Source: Entomortierella parvispora E1425 (Eukaryota > Fungi > Mortierellomycota). From it: DNA of 64,000 nt. Numbering within the stretch: the stretch's first letter is position 1; each line of letters begins with the position of its first letter. The stretch is taken from the NCBI GenBank assembly GCA_020891255.1, contig LC659289.1, forward strand, positions 1 to 64,000, written 5' to 3'. Shown piece after piece: positions 12,134-31,975 of this stretch. Below the pieces are notes generated by a model. It made no database searches. It saw nothing but the letters and a program-made list of their open reading frames with translations, and was not told the DNA's origin. The position numbers and the translations under genes are program-made.

Positions 12134-13695
12134 GGGGGATTTTTAATCCCTTGGTTTATAACTACTCCCCAGCACGTTCCCGTACCCGGACTATGTTTCG
12201 ACTTAACAGCAGTTGTGAAGAAATGGACATAAGGAGAAATCATAGATATAAATTATATCTGGATACCGTTTTAATGGTAACTATTTTAGTTAAGATAAAT
12301 TATAAATAAGACCTCCCTATTTGAGATTACTTCACTTCCGCCGCTTGACGAGCGATTTGTACACGCCGAATATTATGTTTCACCAGGACATCCTGATTCC
12401 TGATTACTAGCAATTCCTACTTCATATAATCGAGTTGCAGATTATAATTCGTTTATTAACCTTTTTTAAAGATTAGCTCAAATATAAATTTTTGCTTCTT
12501 ATTGTAAAGGTCTTTGTGGCACGTCTATAGCCCACTTCATAAGGGCCATGAAGGCTTGTCTTAGTCCTAATTAACTCAACATTAATCGAGTACTTCTGTA
12601 GTTTAAATTAAACTTTATACAAAATTTCACCCAAGGGTAGATCTTCTTATTTTTAATTTTTATAATTACAGACAAGGGTTTTGCTTGTTAACGAAATTAA
12701 TCTAACGTCTTACGATACAAGCTGACGACAGCCATGCAACGCCTGTGTTACCAATTATATTGGTACATTGCAAGAAGTGGTAAGGTTATGCGTGGATTAT
12801 CGAATTAAATAACATGCTTCACTGCTGGTCTTCAGCACCGTCAATACTTTTGGGTTTCAATCTTGCGACAGTACTCCCCAGGTGGAGTGGTATAGTCTTC
12901 ACATTAAAACTGAACTTAATTTCCAATTTTATCCACTCATAGTTTAGGGTATGGACTACAAGGGTCTCTAATCCTTTTTGCTCCCCATACTTTAGTATCT
13001 CAGTGTCAGTGTTTAATTAGATAGATGCCTTCGCCTTTAGTGTGTCTACCAAGTATAATAAGATTTCATCCTTACTCCTAGTATTCCTCTATCTTCAATT
13101 ACACTCTAGTATCTCAATTACATTTTATAGTTTTTCTATTGAAATTTTATAACTACTGTTTGATAATACAACCTACATACGCTTTAGACCCATTTATGCT
13201 GAATAACGTTAACCCCTCTCGTATTACCGCGACTGCTGGCACGAGATTGGTCGGGATTAATAAATAGGTAACGTCATTATCCTCCCTATCTTAGAGGTAT
13301 ACCATAAAGATGCTTTTCCTCTTCTAGTTAGCTGGATCAATCTTTCGATCATTGTCCAAAATTCTTTACTGCTGACCTTTTTGTTAGGTATGGCTATTAT
13401 TTCAGAGCCATTGTGGCGAACCCTCCTCTCAGACTCGCTACGGATAATAGGCTTGGTAAGCCATTACCTTACCAACTACCTAATCCGAAATAGGCACATC
13501 CCGCGGCGAAAACTTTCCTTTTTCTTCTGGCAAGCCAGAAGTATATTAGGGATTAACCCTATCCATGGTGTAGCTTCCTATTTATTCCTCACCTGGTCGC
13601 TATGAATATATAATATTCATTCAACTAGCATGTATTAAACTTCTAGATAACGTTGATTCTGAGCCAAATTCAAACTCTTGCGATATTAACCATAT
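12134..13695 (-). rRNA. rns: Mitochondrial SSU rRNA; ends approximate
   Basis: AGAGTTTGAATTTGGCTCAG 5' motif, GTGCCAGCAGTCGCGGTAATAC, GCTGTCGTCAGCT, helix 45 with GGAA loop. Confidence 0.95.
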
Positions 13696-13959
13696 AATGG
13701 TGACAAAATTTATTATTATTTCTATAAAAAAACGGAGATACCCGCATATATTTAATTATATAATGAGAGCCATAACAAATCTAAATATATATTTTGAATA
13801 AAATTATTAATTTATTGGGCTCATTGTTAATATTTAGGGGGGTGTTTATTCGTGTACTTATTGTTATATTTATATACCCTCTATCAGATACTAAATAAAG
13901 ACTATTATATTTAATTAACAAGTTTATACATCATTGACTCACGGAAGTAAGGAGTAATA

Positions 13960-14540
13960 ATTGATTTGAATTTATCCATTGATTCGGGTTTATATATATA
14001 TTCTATAACTCTCTTTTTCTCTATTACTATAGTACAATTTAAATAAAAATTTTCTTTTAAACATTAATTAATAATTCTATTTGATTTAAAGTATAAAAAT
14101 CAGTATAAAGGTTAAAACCTCTATTGTACTTATACCTGTTATTCATTGTCTCAGTATGCTAAACCAGCTGGTGTTAAGAACTTACCAATATTTAAAGATA
14201 TTTTTTTAACACCGTCAGCATTAAATAAACTATTATTATAGTTGAAACAAGGTAAAGATAGTTTTTAAATCTTACAGAAGAATATATTTTCTGTTCTTTT
14301 ATTTAGTTTAGACTCATAATGTTTAGGGGCAGTACCACAATATGATTTAAATAAATCATATATATGTAAAAGATAAGATTCATTTATTAAATCTTGTGCG
14401 AATTGTAATATTGGATTTTTACCTCGTTTAGTTATACATAGATTTCCAAGGCATAAACCAAGAATAAATTAGTTAAAATTTTCATTTACAGTAAAGAATT
14501 TCTTTAGTCTTTAAATAATCTATCAGTACTATAGGATCTA
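13960..14540 (-). pseudogene. Degenerate LAGLIDADG_2-type endonuclease
   Basis: ILGLCLGNL, ESYLLHIYDLFKSYCG, LSLPCFNY, LTPAGLAY; homologous to 28638-29240 and 5345-5960. Confidence 0.8.
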
Positions 14541-14629
14541 TTAAAGAATTCTGCACTCGTTAATCCTGTAACAAAATCAATATTTAATTTTTGTTTAGGT
14601 TTTTAAATATTCGTGATATAAGAAGATAG

Positions 14630-14716
14630 TAATTGTGGCATTTTTATATTTTAAAATAATTAAAATTTAATCCTCTCGCAAGAAGACAGCAGGTTAACCA
14701 AAAATAAAAATTAATA
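14630..14716 (-). repeat. Copy of atp8 5' UTR and start (ATGCCACAATTA)
   Basis: Matches ~30675-30764 including CCTCTCGCAAGAAGACAGCAGGTTAACC. Confidence 0.9.
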
Positions 14717-14811
14717 GGCTAATTAAGAAATTGGATATTATTAGTTTTTATTAGTAGTCTATTAAAGTATATAAATATATGATTATATTATGAATTACTT
14801 AATAAGTAATT

Positions 14812-14884
14812 AGGTTAGTGTATGACTCGAACATACCTCTTAAAGTTTTGCAAACTTATACATTACCAAATATGCTAACTAACC
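14812..14884 (-). tRNA. trnC: tRNA-Cys(GCA)
   Basis: Cloverleaf, loop TTGCAAA. Confidence 0.9.
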
Positions 14885-15339
14885 ATAATTATTTAATATA
14901 GAAAATTAAATAATGTATTTCTATAATAAATTATTTTTTATAGAAGAATTAAACTTTTATTTATATAAATATTAATTAATTATATTTAATAACAATTTTA
15001 TGTTATTGTTATAATAAAAGAACAAAAATTTAAGAGGTTCTGAAGGGGTATCTTAAAGAAAGGTAATTAATATATAATCCAATTTTCTTATATTTTAATT
15101 AATATAATACAAAACTATTTATATAATTGACATAAAATATCTAAAAGTATGAAAATTTTTAATTTTAAGAAATAGGTTTTTTAACTAAAATTATATTTTA
15201 ATTCTTTTAGGATTAGAATTATTTATTATGTAATTTCATCATTTTGTGGTAAATTAATATATGCTATTAATTGGTGTTTTAAAATTTATTTTTTAGAGTT
15301 TTATTTTTAAAAATAATAAAAAGTGTGTTGGGTGTCTTA

Positions 15340-15960
15340 GATTTTTATAAGCCAGATTCAGTATAGTTAATTATATAGAATATTTTTCTTATATAGATAG
15401 TTTTTTAAAAGTTGATATTTAATTTATATTTTTATTAAATTATATCTGTTTACATGAAAATTCATCTTACTCTTAAAGAGCTAAACTATAATAGGTCTTA
15501 TATTAACATTCTTATAATTTTTAAGGTTTATTTTTTTTTTCTATATATTATCTTATAACATAATTTTTATGAAGCCCTTAATAAAAATTTAATTTTTTAC
15601 AAAGGTTGAAAAATTAATTAATTAATATAAATTTTATTTAATAATATATAAGAAGTATATTAATTTATTTATATTTAAATTAATTTATAATAACTTTAAA
15701 ATTAGACTTCTAGGCTTCTCCTCAACAAGTTATCTTAAAGAAGAGAAGGGGAAGTAAAAAGATTAGATTTCTTTAAAAGTACCTCAATTTTTAATGATTT
15801 TTTAAATATTATTATATTCCAAATTAAAAGAATTATAATATCCCTTTGGATAATTAAAAAAATATATACTATTTATATTAATTCTTATTTTCTTAATTTT
15901 AGTATTCTGGACTTTCCTTTAATTGAATCCTAATTTTCATAAAGTCAAATAAAACTTTTT
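15340..15960 (-). ncRNA. rnpB: Mitochondrial RNase P RNA; ends approximate
   Basis: CR-I AGGAAAGTCCAG (~15906-15917) and CR-V ACTGAATCTGGCTTAT (~15345-15362) can form P4; GAGTAAG resembles the bacterial GAGCAAG motif. Confidence 0.75.
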
Positions 15961-16094
15961 ATTAAAAATTCCAGCAAAAAGACTTATTTTAATAAGACTT
16001 AAATACTTAATAAATATTTAGTAATATTTCTAAATTAACTTTAATTGATAATAGTATATTAAACCCTACTATTCTTCATTTTTGAGAATTAAAG

Positions 16095-16480
16095 ATATGG
16101 ATATTATCCATTCATTTTTAAACAATTATTCGTTTTTCGCATATTTTAAAATTGTATGATAAAATACATTAAAATTTTCGCCAGCTTTTATAGCAGAAAA
16201 AACTTTCAATTAATGTTAACTTATCTTTTAAATATATAAAAATTGTAGTATCTTTACTAGTACTGATTTTATTTTTATTAAAAGTAGTGAGAATTTTACC
16301 AAACATCAGATAATTCTTATAGATAAAGTAAGATTCATTTTAGTTTTAGTATATTCACTATAAGTAATATTGAATATTGAATGATTTTATCTAATTTGGC
16401 TTTATTTATTATATTTGTTTCAGATAAAAACTCTATTTTTGAATTAATTGTTCATAATTCAAACATTTATTATATTTCCT
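16095..16480 (-). pseudogene. C-terminal GIY-YIG remnant
   Basis: MFGK...TTIFIY...HTILKY...LFKNEWI, as in the C-termini of the other GIY-YIG ORFs. Confidence 0.55.
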
Positions 16481-16716
16481 TTTAAAATCATTAATAATCA
16501 ACTTTAATGCTTTTATTTAAAGATTTAATACACTTAAATCCAGCAATTTATAAATAATTAACTCCTATTGTGTTTTATTTATTAGTAGAAAATTAATTGC
16601 TTAATTAATAATTTTGTATAAATAATTATAATAAATTAATTACTTAATTAATTATTTTGCATAAATAATTATAATAAATATAAATCTAAAACATTATTAA
16701 ATATTCTGAACTGAGT

Positions 16717-16788
16717 TAGGAAATAAAAGAATCGAACTTATTTCTTCTAATTGTAAGTTAGTTGCTCTGACCATTAAGCTAATCTCCT
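16717..16788 (-). tRNA. trnV: tRNA-Val(UAC)
   Basis: Cloverleaf, loop CTTACAA. Confidence 0.9.
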
Positions 16789-17630
16789 ATTATATATAAT
16801 TAATATAAAAAATTAATAAAGGGGGTCTAATAGGGAATGTTAAGAGTAAAATTATTTATTTAGTAAATTAGAATATAATATTTTTTTATTTTATTAAATT
16901 TAGAGATACATATATTTTCTAAAATTATATTATGATAATTTAAGTATTTAAAGTAAGATATAATTATCAATTGAAGAATTTATAATTTTATAAATATCTG
17001 ATTTACATTATTATATGCTAAATAAAGATATCTTACAAATCTTTTCGAAATGAAATTTTCTAAGGACCCATTCCTATCCTCGTCAAAGTTTTATTTTGAA
17101 AATAAAAACATTTTAAGTTGAAAAAGAAGGGGGAAGGAGTTCTTGAATTTAAAATTTATAGGATAAATAGTTTAATAATAAAAGGGTTATTTAAAAATTT
17201 ACCTTAATCTAAAATTTATTATTTGAATAAAAGATTAAAACTTGATCATAATTTTAATATTTTTATTTATAATAATCAGTAATTACATAATTAGTCTTTT
17301 TAAGATCATTAAAATTAAAGTTTAAAAACTTAAATAGTTCGAATCTTCTATTTTTTCATATTTTTGAATTCTATCTGTCTGTGTGAGATGACCTTTAAGA
17401 GACATGAATTGTTTTGTAAATTTATTCTTTAAGGGAGGACCATTTATAAAAGAAGAAGATAAATTAAAATTTTATCCAAATGATGATTAATTAATTATTA
17501 ATTATAATTTAATAGATTAGGCTTGTTTAAATAACGAGTTATTATTTATCTTTTTTTTCATGACGGATAAATTTTCATACTTTTATTTTCTTATAATGAT
17601 CTTTTAAAGTCTTATTAAAATATTTAATAA

Positions 17631-25556
<7,926 letters not shown>

Positions 25557-25959
25557 AAGTTACAAGTTTTAATAAAAAATATTATTTCATCATTGTATTT
25601 ATTTTATTTTTATTATTAATAATTATTATGTATCTTATTTAGTTATTAGTTTAAGTCTGAGATTTTAGTAAATTAAATTTTTACTTTTTCTTTGAATGTC
25701 CCCTTTATGGCTTTTATTAAAATTATTTATTTTAGTAGGCTCGATACCATTAACTTATCATTATTTATTAATAATCTTCATTGAATTTTATTTTTTAGAA
25801 TTTTTATTTATTATTTTTTATAATAACAATGTATAATTATTAAGAGGATTATTTTCAAATAATATTATTATCTGAAAATCCATTAATCTTAATAGTGGTC
25901 GTTATTTTATAAAATAACTTAGTATATAAATATCATATATTTCTTTTTTTTAAAAAAGT

Positions 25960-26660
25960 TTTTTAGTAAGATCTATTAATGTTTATTTTAATGAAGTATA
26001 TTTAAATTATAAATTTTATATTAAAATAAAAAACTGCAATATATTATGGATTTATAGAGAGCCTATAATAAATATGTTAGCTTATGATTTAACTAGATGA
26101 TTAAATTCATATTATTTTATATATGAATTGAAATAATTAATTTTTATGATAATAGATTTATTATCTTATATTCGTTTTATGTTTTTATAATTAATACTAA
26201 AATATATTAATATTTAAAATTTATCTAAAAAAGAAACATGTATATTAATTCTTTCACGTGAAGAATTTTATTTAGACTTGATTTAATTAAATATTACATA
26301 TTTAAATTAGCAGAATTTTCTTTAGGTATAAACATAAAGAAAATTTTATTATTAAAATTAGTGAAAATCTTTAGATTTTTGGAAAAATCATGCTTTAATG
26401 CAATTATTAAATTAAGCGAGAAAATAACCAGATGTTTGAAAAAAGAAAAATTATATTCAATATATAAAGCTTTTTTACTAAAATTCGAGAATTAAGTAGA
26501 ATAGTATAAGGAACTACTATTTTGTATTCTCATTGGACGGTATATTTGTAAATAAATTCTTTTTAGTTAGAGAAGCAGGATTATATTTTAATTGTTTATA
26601 TATTATTATTATTGTGAGGTATGTAAATAATAAAAAATTATTTCAAGGAAAATGGTTTTA
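25960..26660 (+). pseudogene. Highly degenerate GIY-YIG remnant
   Basis: LILSREEFYLD and a NUMOD-like tail still recognisable. Confidence 0.5.
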
Positions 26661-26957
26661 TCTTTATTACTTATATTTTTTTGTAAGGTAGTATAATCGT
26701 ATGGCTATATCTAATAATATATTTTTTAATAAAATTTTCTTTTAAAATAAAGGCTCCATTATATTTAGATACTTTATTAATTATACTTTATTAAAAATTT
26801 AAAATAATACGGAATTTTATTATATAATCAATTTTATATTTCAGCACGTTCTCAGATTTAATTATTTATTCAATAATTTAGCAATACTTCAAGGTCGAAT
26901 TTTAACGCTCTTTTTTAAATATATTAAAGTGGCTATGATTGATTATATGTATAAACG

Positions 26958-27041
26958 GGGTAAGTGGCCGAGTGGTTTATGGCGTTTGGCTTGAAACTAA
27001 ATATGTGAAAACATGCGGAGGTTCGAATCCTTCCTTGCCCG
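26958..27041 (+). tRNA. trnS: tRNA-Ser(UGA)
   Basis: Long variable arm, loop CTTGAAA. Confidence 0.93.
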
Positions 27042-27134
27042 AAAAGATTTGAGACTAAGATAAAATAATACGGATATTAATATTATTTTTAATTAATATT
27101 ATTAATAATTAATATTTTTTAAGGAATTAATATA

Positions 27135-27212
27135 GAAAGTGACTGAGTGATTAAAGTATTTGACTTGAAATTAAATATATGAATTACATATGAAAATTAA
27201 GATCCTTTCTTG
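27135..27212 (+). pseudogene. Decayed copy of trnS(UGA)
   Basis: AAGTGACTGAGTGATTAAAGTATTTGACTTGAAATTAAATAT parallels 26962-27003. Confidence 0.7.
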
Positions 27213-27362
27213 CTTAAAAATAAACATTAAAATTAATAAACTTTTTGAATCAATAGTAAATTATAAAATATTACTTATCAATGAGTTAATACCTTCTTAT
27301 TATTCTAAAGTGGCTACGTCCGATATTCATATATAATAATAAGTACAATATTTTTTTTTAAC

Positions 27363-28139
27363 ATGACAACTTTTATTAATACTGTTTTCATTAACAATCC
27401 ATTAGAGCAATTCGAAATTAAAGAATTTTTCTACATGGGTGGTCCATTATTAGGTGCAAAATTTTCATTAACTAATATTGGTTTATATCTTATTATAGTT
27501 ACTATACTTGTATTAGGGATGAGTTATTTATCTTTAAATAACAATAAAGTAGTACCTTCTAGATGGAGTATCGTTCAAGAATCTTTATTCGGTAGTATCT
27601 TAAACATGATTAAATCTACTATTGGTGGAAAAGGAGAGGCTTATTTACCTTTCTTATATACAATTTTTTTATATGTATTATTATCTAATTTAATTGGTTT
27701 AGTGCCATATTCATTCACACCTTCAAGTCATTTTGTTTTTGGTATTGGATTTAGTGTTGCTATTTTAATTGGTGTTACTATCTTAGGTTTCCAAACTCAT
27801 GCATTAAAATTCTTTGGATTATTTGTACCAGCTGGAACTCCTTTAGGATTAGTACCAGTTTTAGTAATGATTGAAACTATCTCATATTTAGCTAGAGCTT
27901 TAAGTTTAGGGTTACGATTAACTGCTAATATGATTGGTGGACATGTTCTGTTAAAAATCTTTTCTACTTTCACGTGGAAAGCGGTTATTGGAGGACCGAT
28001 CTTACTATTAATTAGTATTATACCATTTGCATTTATAATTGCATTTACTGGGTTAGAAATTGCTATCGCTTTTATCCAGGCGTATGTGTTTACTATGTTA
28101 ACAGCATCTTACTTAAATGACGCGATTAACTTACATTAA
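27363..28139 (+). CDS. atp6: ATP synthase subunit a
   Basis: NPLEQF, NLIGLVPYSFT, LGLRLTANMIGGH, IQAYVF. Confidence 0.98.
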   Translation: MTTFINTVFINNPLEQFEIKEFFYMGGPLLGAKFSLTNIGLYLIIVTILVLGMSYLSLNNNKVVPSRWSIVQESLFGSILNMIKSTIGGKGEAYLPFLYTIFLYVLLSNLIGLVPYSFTPSSHFVFGIGFSVAILIGVTILGFQTHALKFFGLFVPAGTPLGLVPVLVMIETISYLARALSLGLRLTANMIGGHVLLKIFSTFTWKAVIGGPILLLISIIPFAFIIAFTGLEIAIAFIQAYVFTMLTASYLNDAINLH

Positions 28140-28219
28140 TTATAACGTGTTAATTTTATTTTTATAATTAACACCCCCCCCCTTTATTAAAAAGTTTAGA
28201 AAATTTATATGTACAAACT

Positions 28220-28410
28220 AAAATGTGGACATGACCGATGTAAATATAATAATAATAAATACAATTTATTTTTAACATGACAACTTTTATTAATACTGTT
28301 TTCATAAGTTCAAATTTGGTAATTAAAATCAGTAATTATAATATTTTAGTCTTGTATTTAGCTAAAGCTTTAAGTTTAAGGTTACGATTAACTGCTAATA
28401 TGATTGGTAA
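28220..28410 (+). pseudogene. atp6 promoter/5' fragment joined to an internal atp6 fragment
   Basis: MTTFINTVFI identical to the atp6 start; YLAKALSLRLRLTANMIG nearly identical to atp6 at 27880-27940. Confidence 0.85.
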
Positions 28411-28637
28411 AATTATCAATAGAACTATTGGTATTACTATTGGTACAATAAGCAGATTATACCTTTTTTATTCAGTATTGTGCTATTATTAGCTTTTACT
28501 TTTAATGTGTCTATTTCTCAAGAATTTTATATTCTTTCTTATATCCCTCTAATAAATGTAAAAAGTATTAAAGGTTTATATAATAATCCTCAGAAAGGTC
28601 TAGTTACTCGGCATTATACTTTTAAAAATTAACCAAT

Positions 28638-29240
28638 ATGGAAAGAAATTCTTTTACTGTTAGTCCTGAAGTTCATAATATTTTAATAGGTTTATGCTTA
28701 GGTAACCTTTATATTGATAAACAAACTATAAATGCAAGATTGAGATTTGAGCAAGGTTTAATTCATGAATCTTATCTTTTACATATATATGATATATTAA
28801 AAGATTATTGTGGTTCAAGCCCTAAAATTAATAATCGAAAACCTAAACTTCAAACAGGTAATATTAATAACACAATATATTTTAGTACTTATTCTTTACC
28901 ATGTTTCAATTATTAATATGACCTATTTTATTCAAATGGAAACAAAAGTATCTCATTAAATATAGGAGAATTATTAACGCCAGCCAGTTTAGCCTATTGG
29001 GCAATGGATGACGGAGGAAAATTTAATAAAAATAATTTTATTTTATGCACTAATTTCTCCACTTTTGAAGAAGTAAATTCATTGGTTAAAGTTTTAAAGA
29101 AGAATTTTAATCTTAATTGTTCTGTACAGAAAGCTAATAAGGATCAGTATAGAATATATATCTTAAAAGGTTCGATGGATAAATTCCGAACACTAGTTAC
29201 TCTTTATTTCCATGAATCTATTATGTATAAACTAAATTAA
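28638..29240 (+). pseudogene. LAGLIDADG_2-type endonuclease broken by one in-frame TAA (28914-28916)
   Basis: LIGLCLGNL and LAYWAMDDG in the same frame on either side of the stop. Confidence 0.85.
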
Positions 29241-29340
29241 AATATATAGGGTAATAATATATATATTATAGTTTATTATACTGTAGCTTTTAGTTTTAAC
29301 ACTCTTTTTTTTGAAGAATCTATTATTATAAGATGTATTA

Positions 29341-29529
29341 CTTAAAATTTTCTCAACATTTACTTGGAAAGCTGTAATAGATGGACCAGTTTTATTATTA
29401 ATTTCTGTAATATCTTTCGCTTTCATTATAGCCTTTAGAGGTTTATAAATTGCTATTGTTTTCATCTAAGCATACGTTTTCACTATGTTAACAGCATCTT
29501 ACTTAAATGATGCGATTAATTTACATTAA
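29341..29529 (+). pseudogene. Displaced atp6 3' end
   Basis: LKIFSTFTWKAVI...TMLTASYLNDAINLH* with stops and indels. Confidence 0.9.
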
Positions 29530-29683
29530 TTTTTTATTTGTATAAACTTAACAAAAAGTTAACACCTCTCCCTTTTTTAATTTCTATTTGTATAAATTAA
29601 GTATCCTTTTTTACTAATAATGTTCTATACTTACAATAATATTTTTTAATAAATTTAATAAAATAAAAATTAAAATAATAATA

Positions 29684-29766
29684 GAGAAGGATTGTGAATG
29701 GTTAGCAACTTGACTGTAAATCAAGCAACCGAAAGGTTATAGGGGGTTCGATTCCCTCCTTTCTCA
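29684..29766 (+). tRNA. trnY: tRNA-Tyr(GUA)
   Basis: Loop CTGTAAA, long variable arm. Confidence 0.93.
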
Positions 29767-30521
29767 TGAAATAACCAAAAAATTATAAGAATTTAGATTT
29801 TTTTTTTATTATCAAGTAAGTTGAGAATATTAGATAATAATGAAAGATTCTTTTTCAAAATAATTATTATAGTTTTATTTTTAATTTCTAAATTAATAAT
29901 TAAAGAAATACTCATCATTTTATTAATATTAAAGAATGATTTAATTTTAATATTATCAGCAGTAATAATAAAATTAAGGATATAAATACCATTAAAATTT
30001 TTATAATTATATCTCATTCTTATAACTTTTTCACTTTTTTATTAGTTTCTCCATACATACTTTCCAATATTTATTTAAAAAACAAGTTTTTTTCAAATGG
30101 CTAGGTTTTTATTATTAATTAAGTTTTTATAATTAATTAGTAATTAAAGTTAAAATCTGTTTTAACGGACTAATTTTATTTTATAATATTTTAAATTTAA
30201 TTTTAATACAGATATTCTTAAATATAATATATTAGAGACTGGGCTATATTTTATTTGTCCAGTTTTAAAATTTATTTTAATTGTATCATTTTATTTTTAG
30301 CACTAACTAAAATATTAATAATGAGTTAAGTTATATATAAAATATATTTATTATTAATAAATATTGTATTTCAGAATTTAATATATTTAATATATTCATA
30401 ATTATTGAATTATTAATATCATTATTATTTTGATAGAATAAGAATGATTATTGGATTATTATTTTTAATTTATTTATTTATTGAATATTAATAGAATAAG
30501 AAATATTATATACGATTTACA

Positions 30522-30686
30522 TTATTGTTTTAGAGGGGGGGGGAGTTTTGTTAACGCCATTCTTATAGAAAATAATAATGGGTAAGTTGGTAATATATAT
30601 GTTGATAAAATATATAAAATTACTACAAATAATAAAAATGAGTATGATATCATATTTATGAAGTAAAATGGTAATAATTGTGGCAT
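30522..30686 (-). CDS. atp8: ATP synthase subunit 8 (54 aa; not in the ORF track)
   Basis: MPQLLPFYFINMISYSFLLFVVILYILSTYILPTYPLLFSIRMALTKLPPPLKQ. Confidence 0.93.
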   Translation of the reverse strand: MPQLLPFYFINMISYSFLLFVVILYILSTYILPTYPLLFSIRMALTKLPPPLKQ

Positions 30687-30967
30687 TTTTTTTATTTAAT
30701 AAAAATAATTAAAATTTAATCCTCTCGCAAGAAGACAGCAGGTTAACCAAAAATAAAAATTAATAATATATTGTTTAATATAATTTACAATATATTATAT
30801 CTAAAATAAGTAAAATTTATCAAGTATAACTTATATTATAATTAATATTCTTTACTATATTCAGAAAATCCCTTAAATTAATATTCATTTTTTTGGCCTT
30901 ATAGATTTTATCTTATGAGTGTCTATTCTGAAAACCTAAGGGTTGACCTATTTTGATTTAATTTAAT

Positions 30968-31040
30968 CGGGATTAAACGGATTCGAACCGATATCCTCAT
31001 AATCGACAATTATGTGCTCGACCAATTAAGCTATAGTCCC
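30968..31040 (-). tRNA. trnD: tRNA-Asp(GUC)
   Basis: CATAA-TTGTCGA-TTATG. Confidence 0.93.
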
Positions 31041-31213
31041 TTATTAAATAATATTCGTTTAGAATATTATCTTTTTCTAATTTATTCTCTTTCTAAATAT
31101 ATTATTTACTTGAGGAATTTCAAAAGAATATTTATTTAAAAAATTTTAAGTCGTTAAGAAGAATTGAACTTCTATCTAATATATTTAATCTCTTCCGATA
31201 TATGAGGATATAA

Positions 31214-31285
31214 AGTCATTAAGAAGAATTGAACTTCTATTCAGTACGTATGAGATACTTGTTTTAACCGTTAAACTATAATGAC
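31214..31285 (-). tRNA. trnM: tRNA-Met(CAU), probable elongator
   Basis: AGTAT-CTCATAC-GTACT; part of its 3' half is duplicated at ~31149-31170. Confidence 0.8.
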
Positions 31286-31607
31286 TCTTTATATATGTAG
31301 AGGGAAAGTTAATTTGTTATATATAAATACTGATTTTGTTTTTGTTGTTTAACAGAATTTTTATTTATTTTTATATTAGAATAAACAATTATAGATTGAT
31401 TAGGTGGATTCTTATTGAATAATATTATTATATTTTCTATATTTTATGTATGTTTATTCATAAAATATAAATAATTATTATAAAAATAATATTGGACTTA
31501 TTATAACCAACTATTTTATAAATTATAATATAGTCTAGTCAAACATGATTAATGGTTAAATAAATTATGTTGATGGTAAAATTGATATTAAAATATATTA
31601 TTAATAA

Positions 31608-31681
31608 TGGGTTCTAGTATAATCAGGCAGTACACTTAAATTTGACTTAAGAAATTGGTAGTTCGAATCTACCGAACCCAA
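31608..31681 (+). tRNA. trnQ: tRNA-Gln(UUG)
   Basis: CTTAA-ATTTGAC-TTAAG. Confidence 0.9.
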
Positions 31682-31975
31682 TAATCTAACAAGACATTTA
31701 TTTTATATTTTATGATTTAATATCTATATAAATGCTGTGTTATATTTTTTGTAATATTTTATCATATTATTTAAATAAAGATTAATTATATAAAAACCAA
31801 TGAATATTGTCAGCATTCTTAATTACTAGAATGAATAGTAAGATTATATATTATTAGGTACATAACTATTAGAGGTTATTAAAAATTAAAATTATTAGAA
31901 ATAGTGAAAAAATTCGTGTTAACACCTTCCCTTTCTTACTTTATTAAATAATTATAATTATATTTTATATATATA

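Noticed and set aside
13381-13605. 74-aa ORF
   Set aside because: Antisense to rns
29232-30017. Minus-strand ORFs 29232-29465 and 29793-30017
   Set aside because: The first is antisense to the atp6 pseudo-3' end; the second is low-complexity AT-rich sequence
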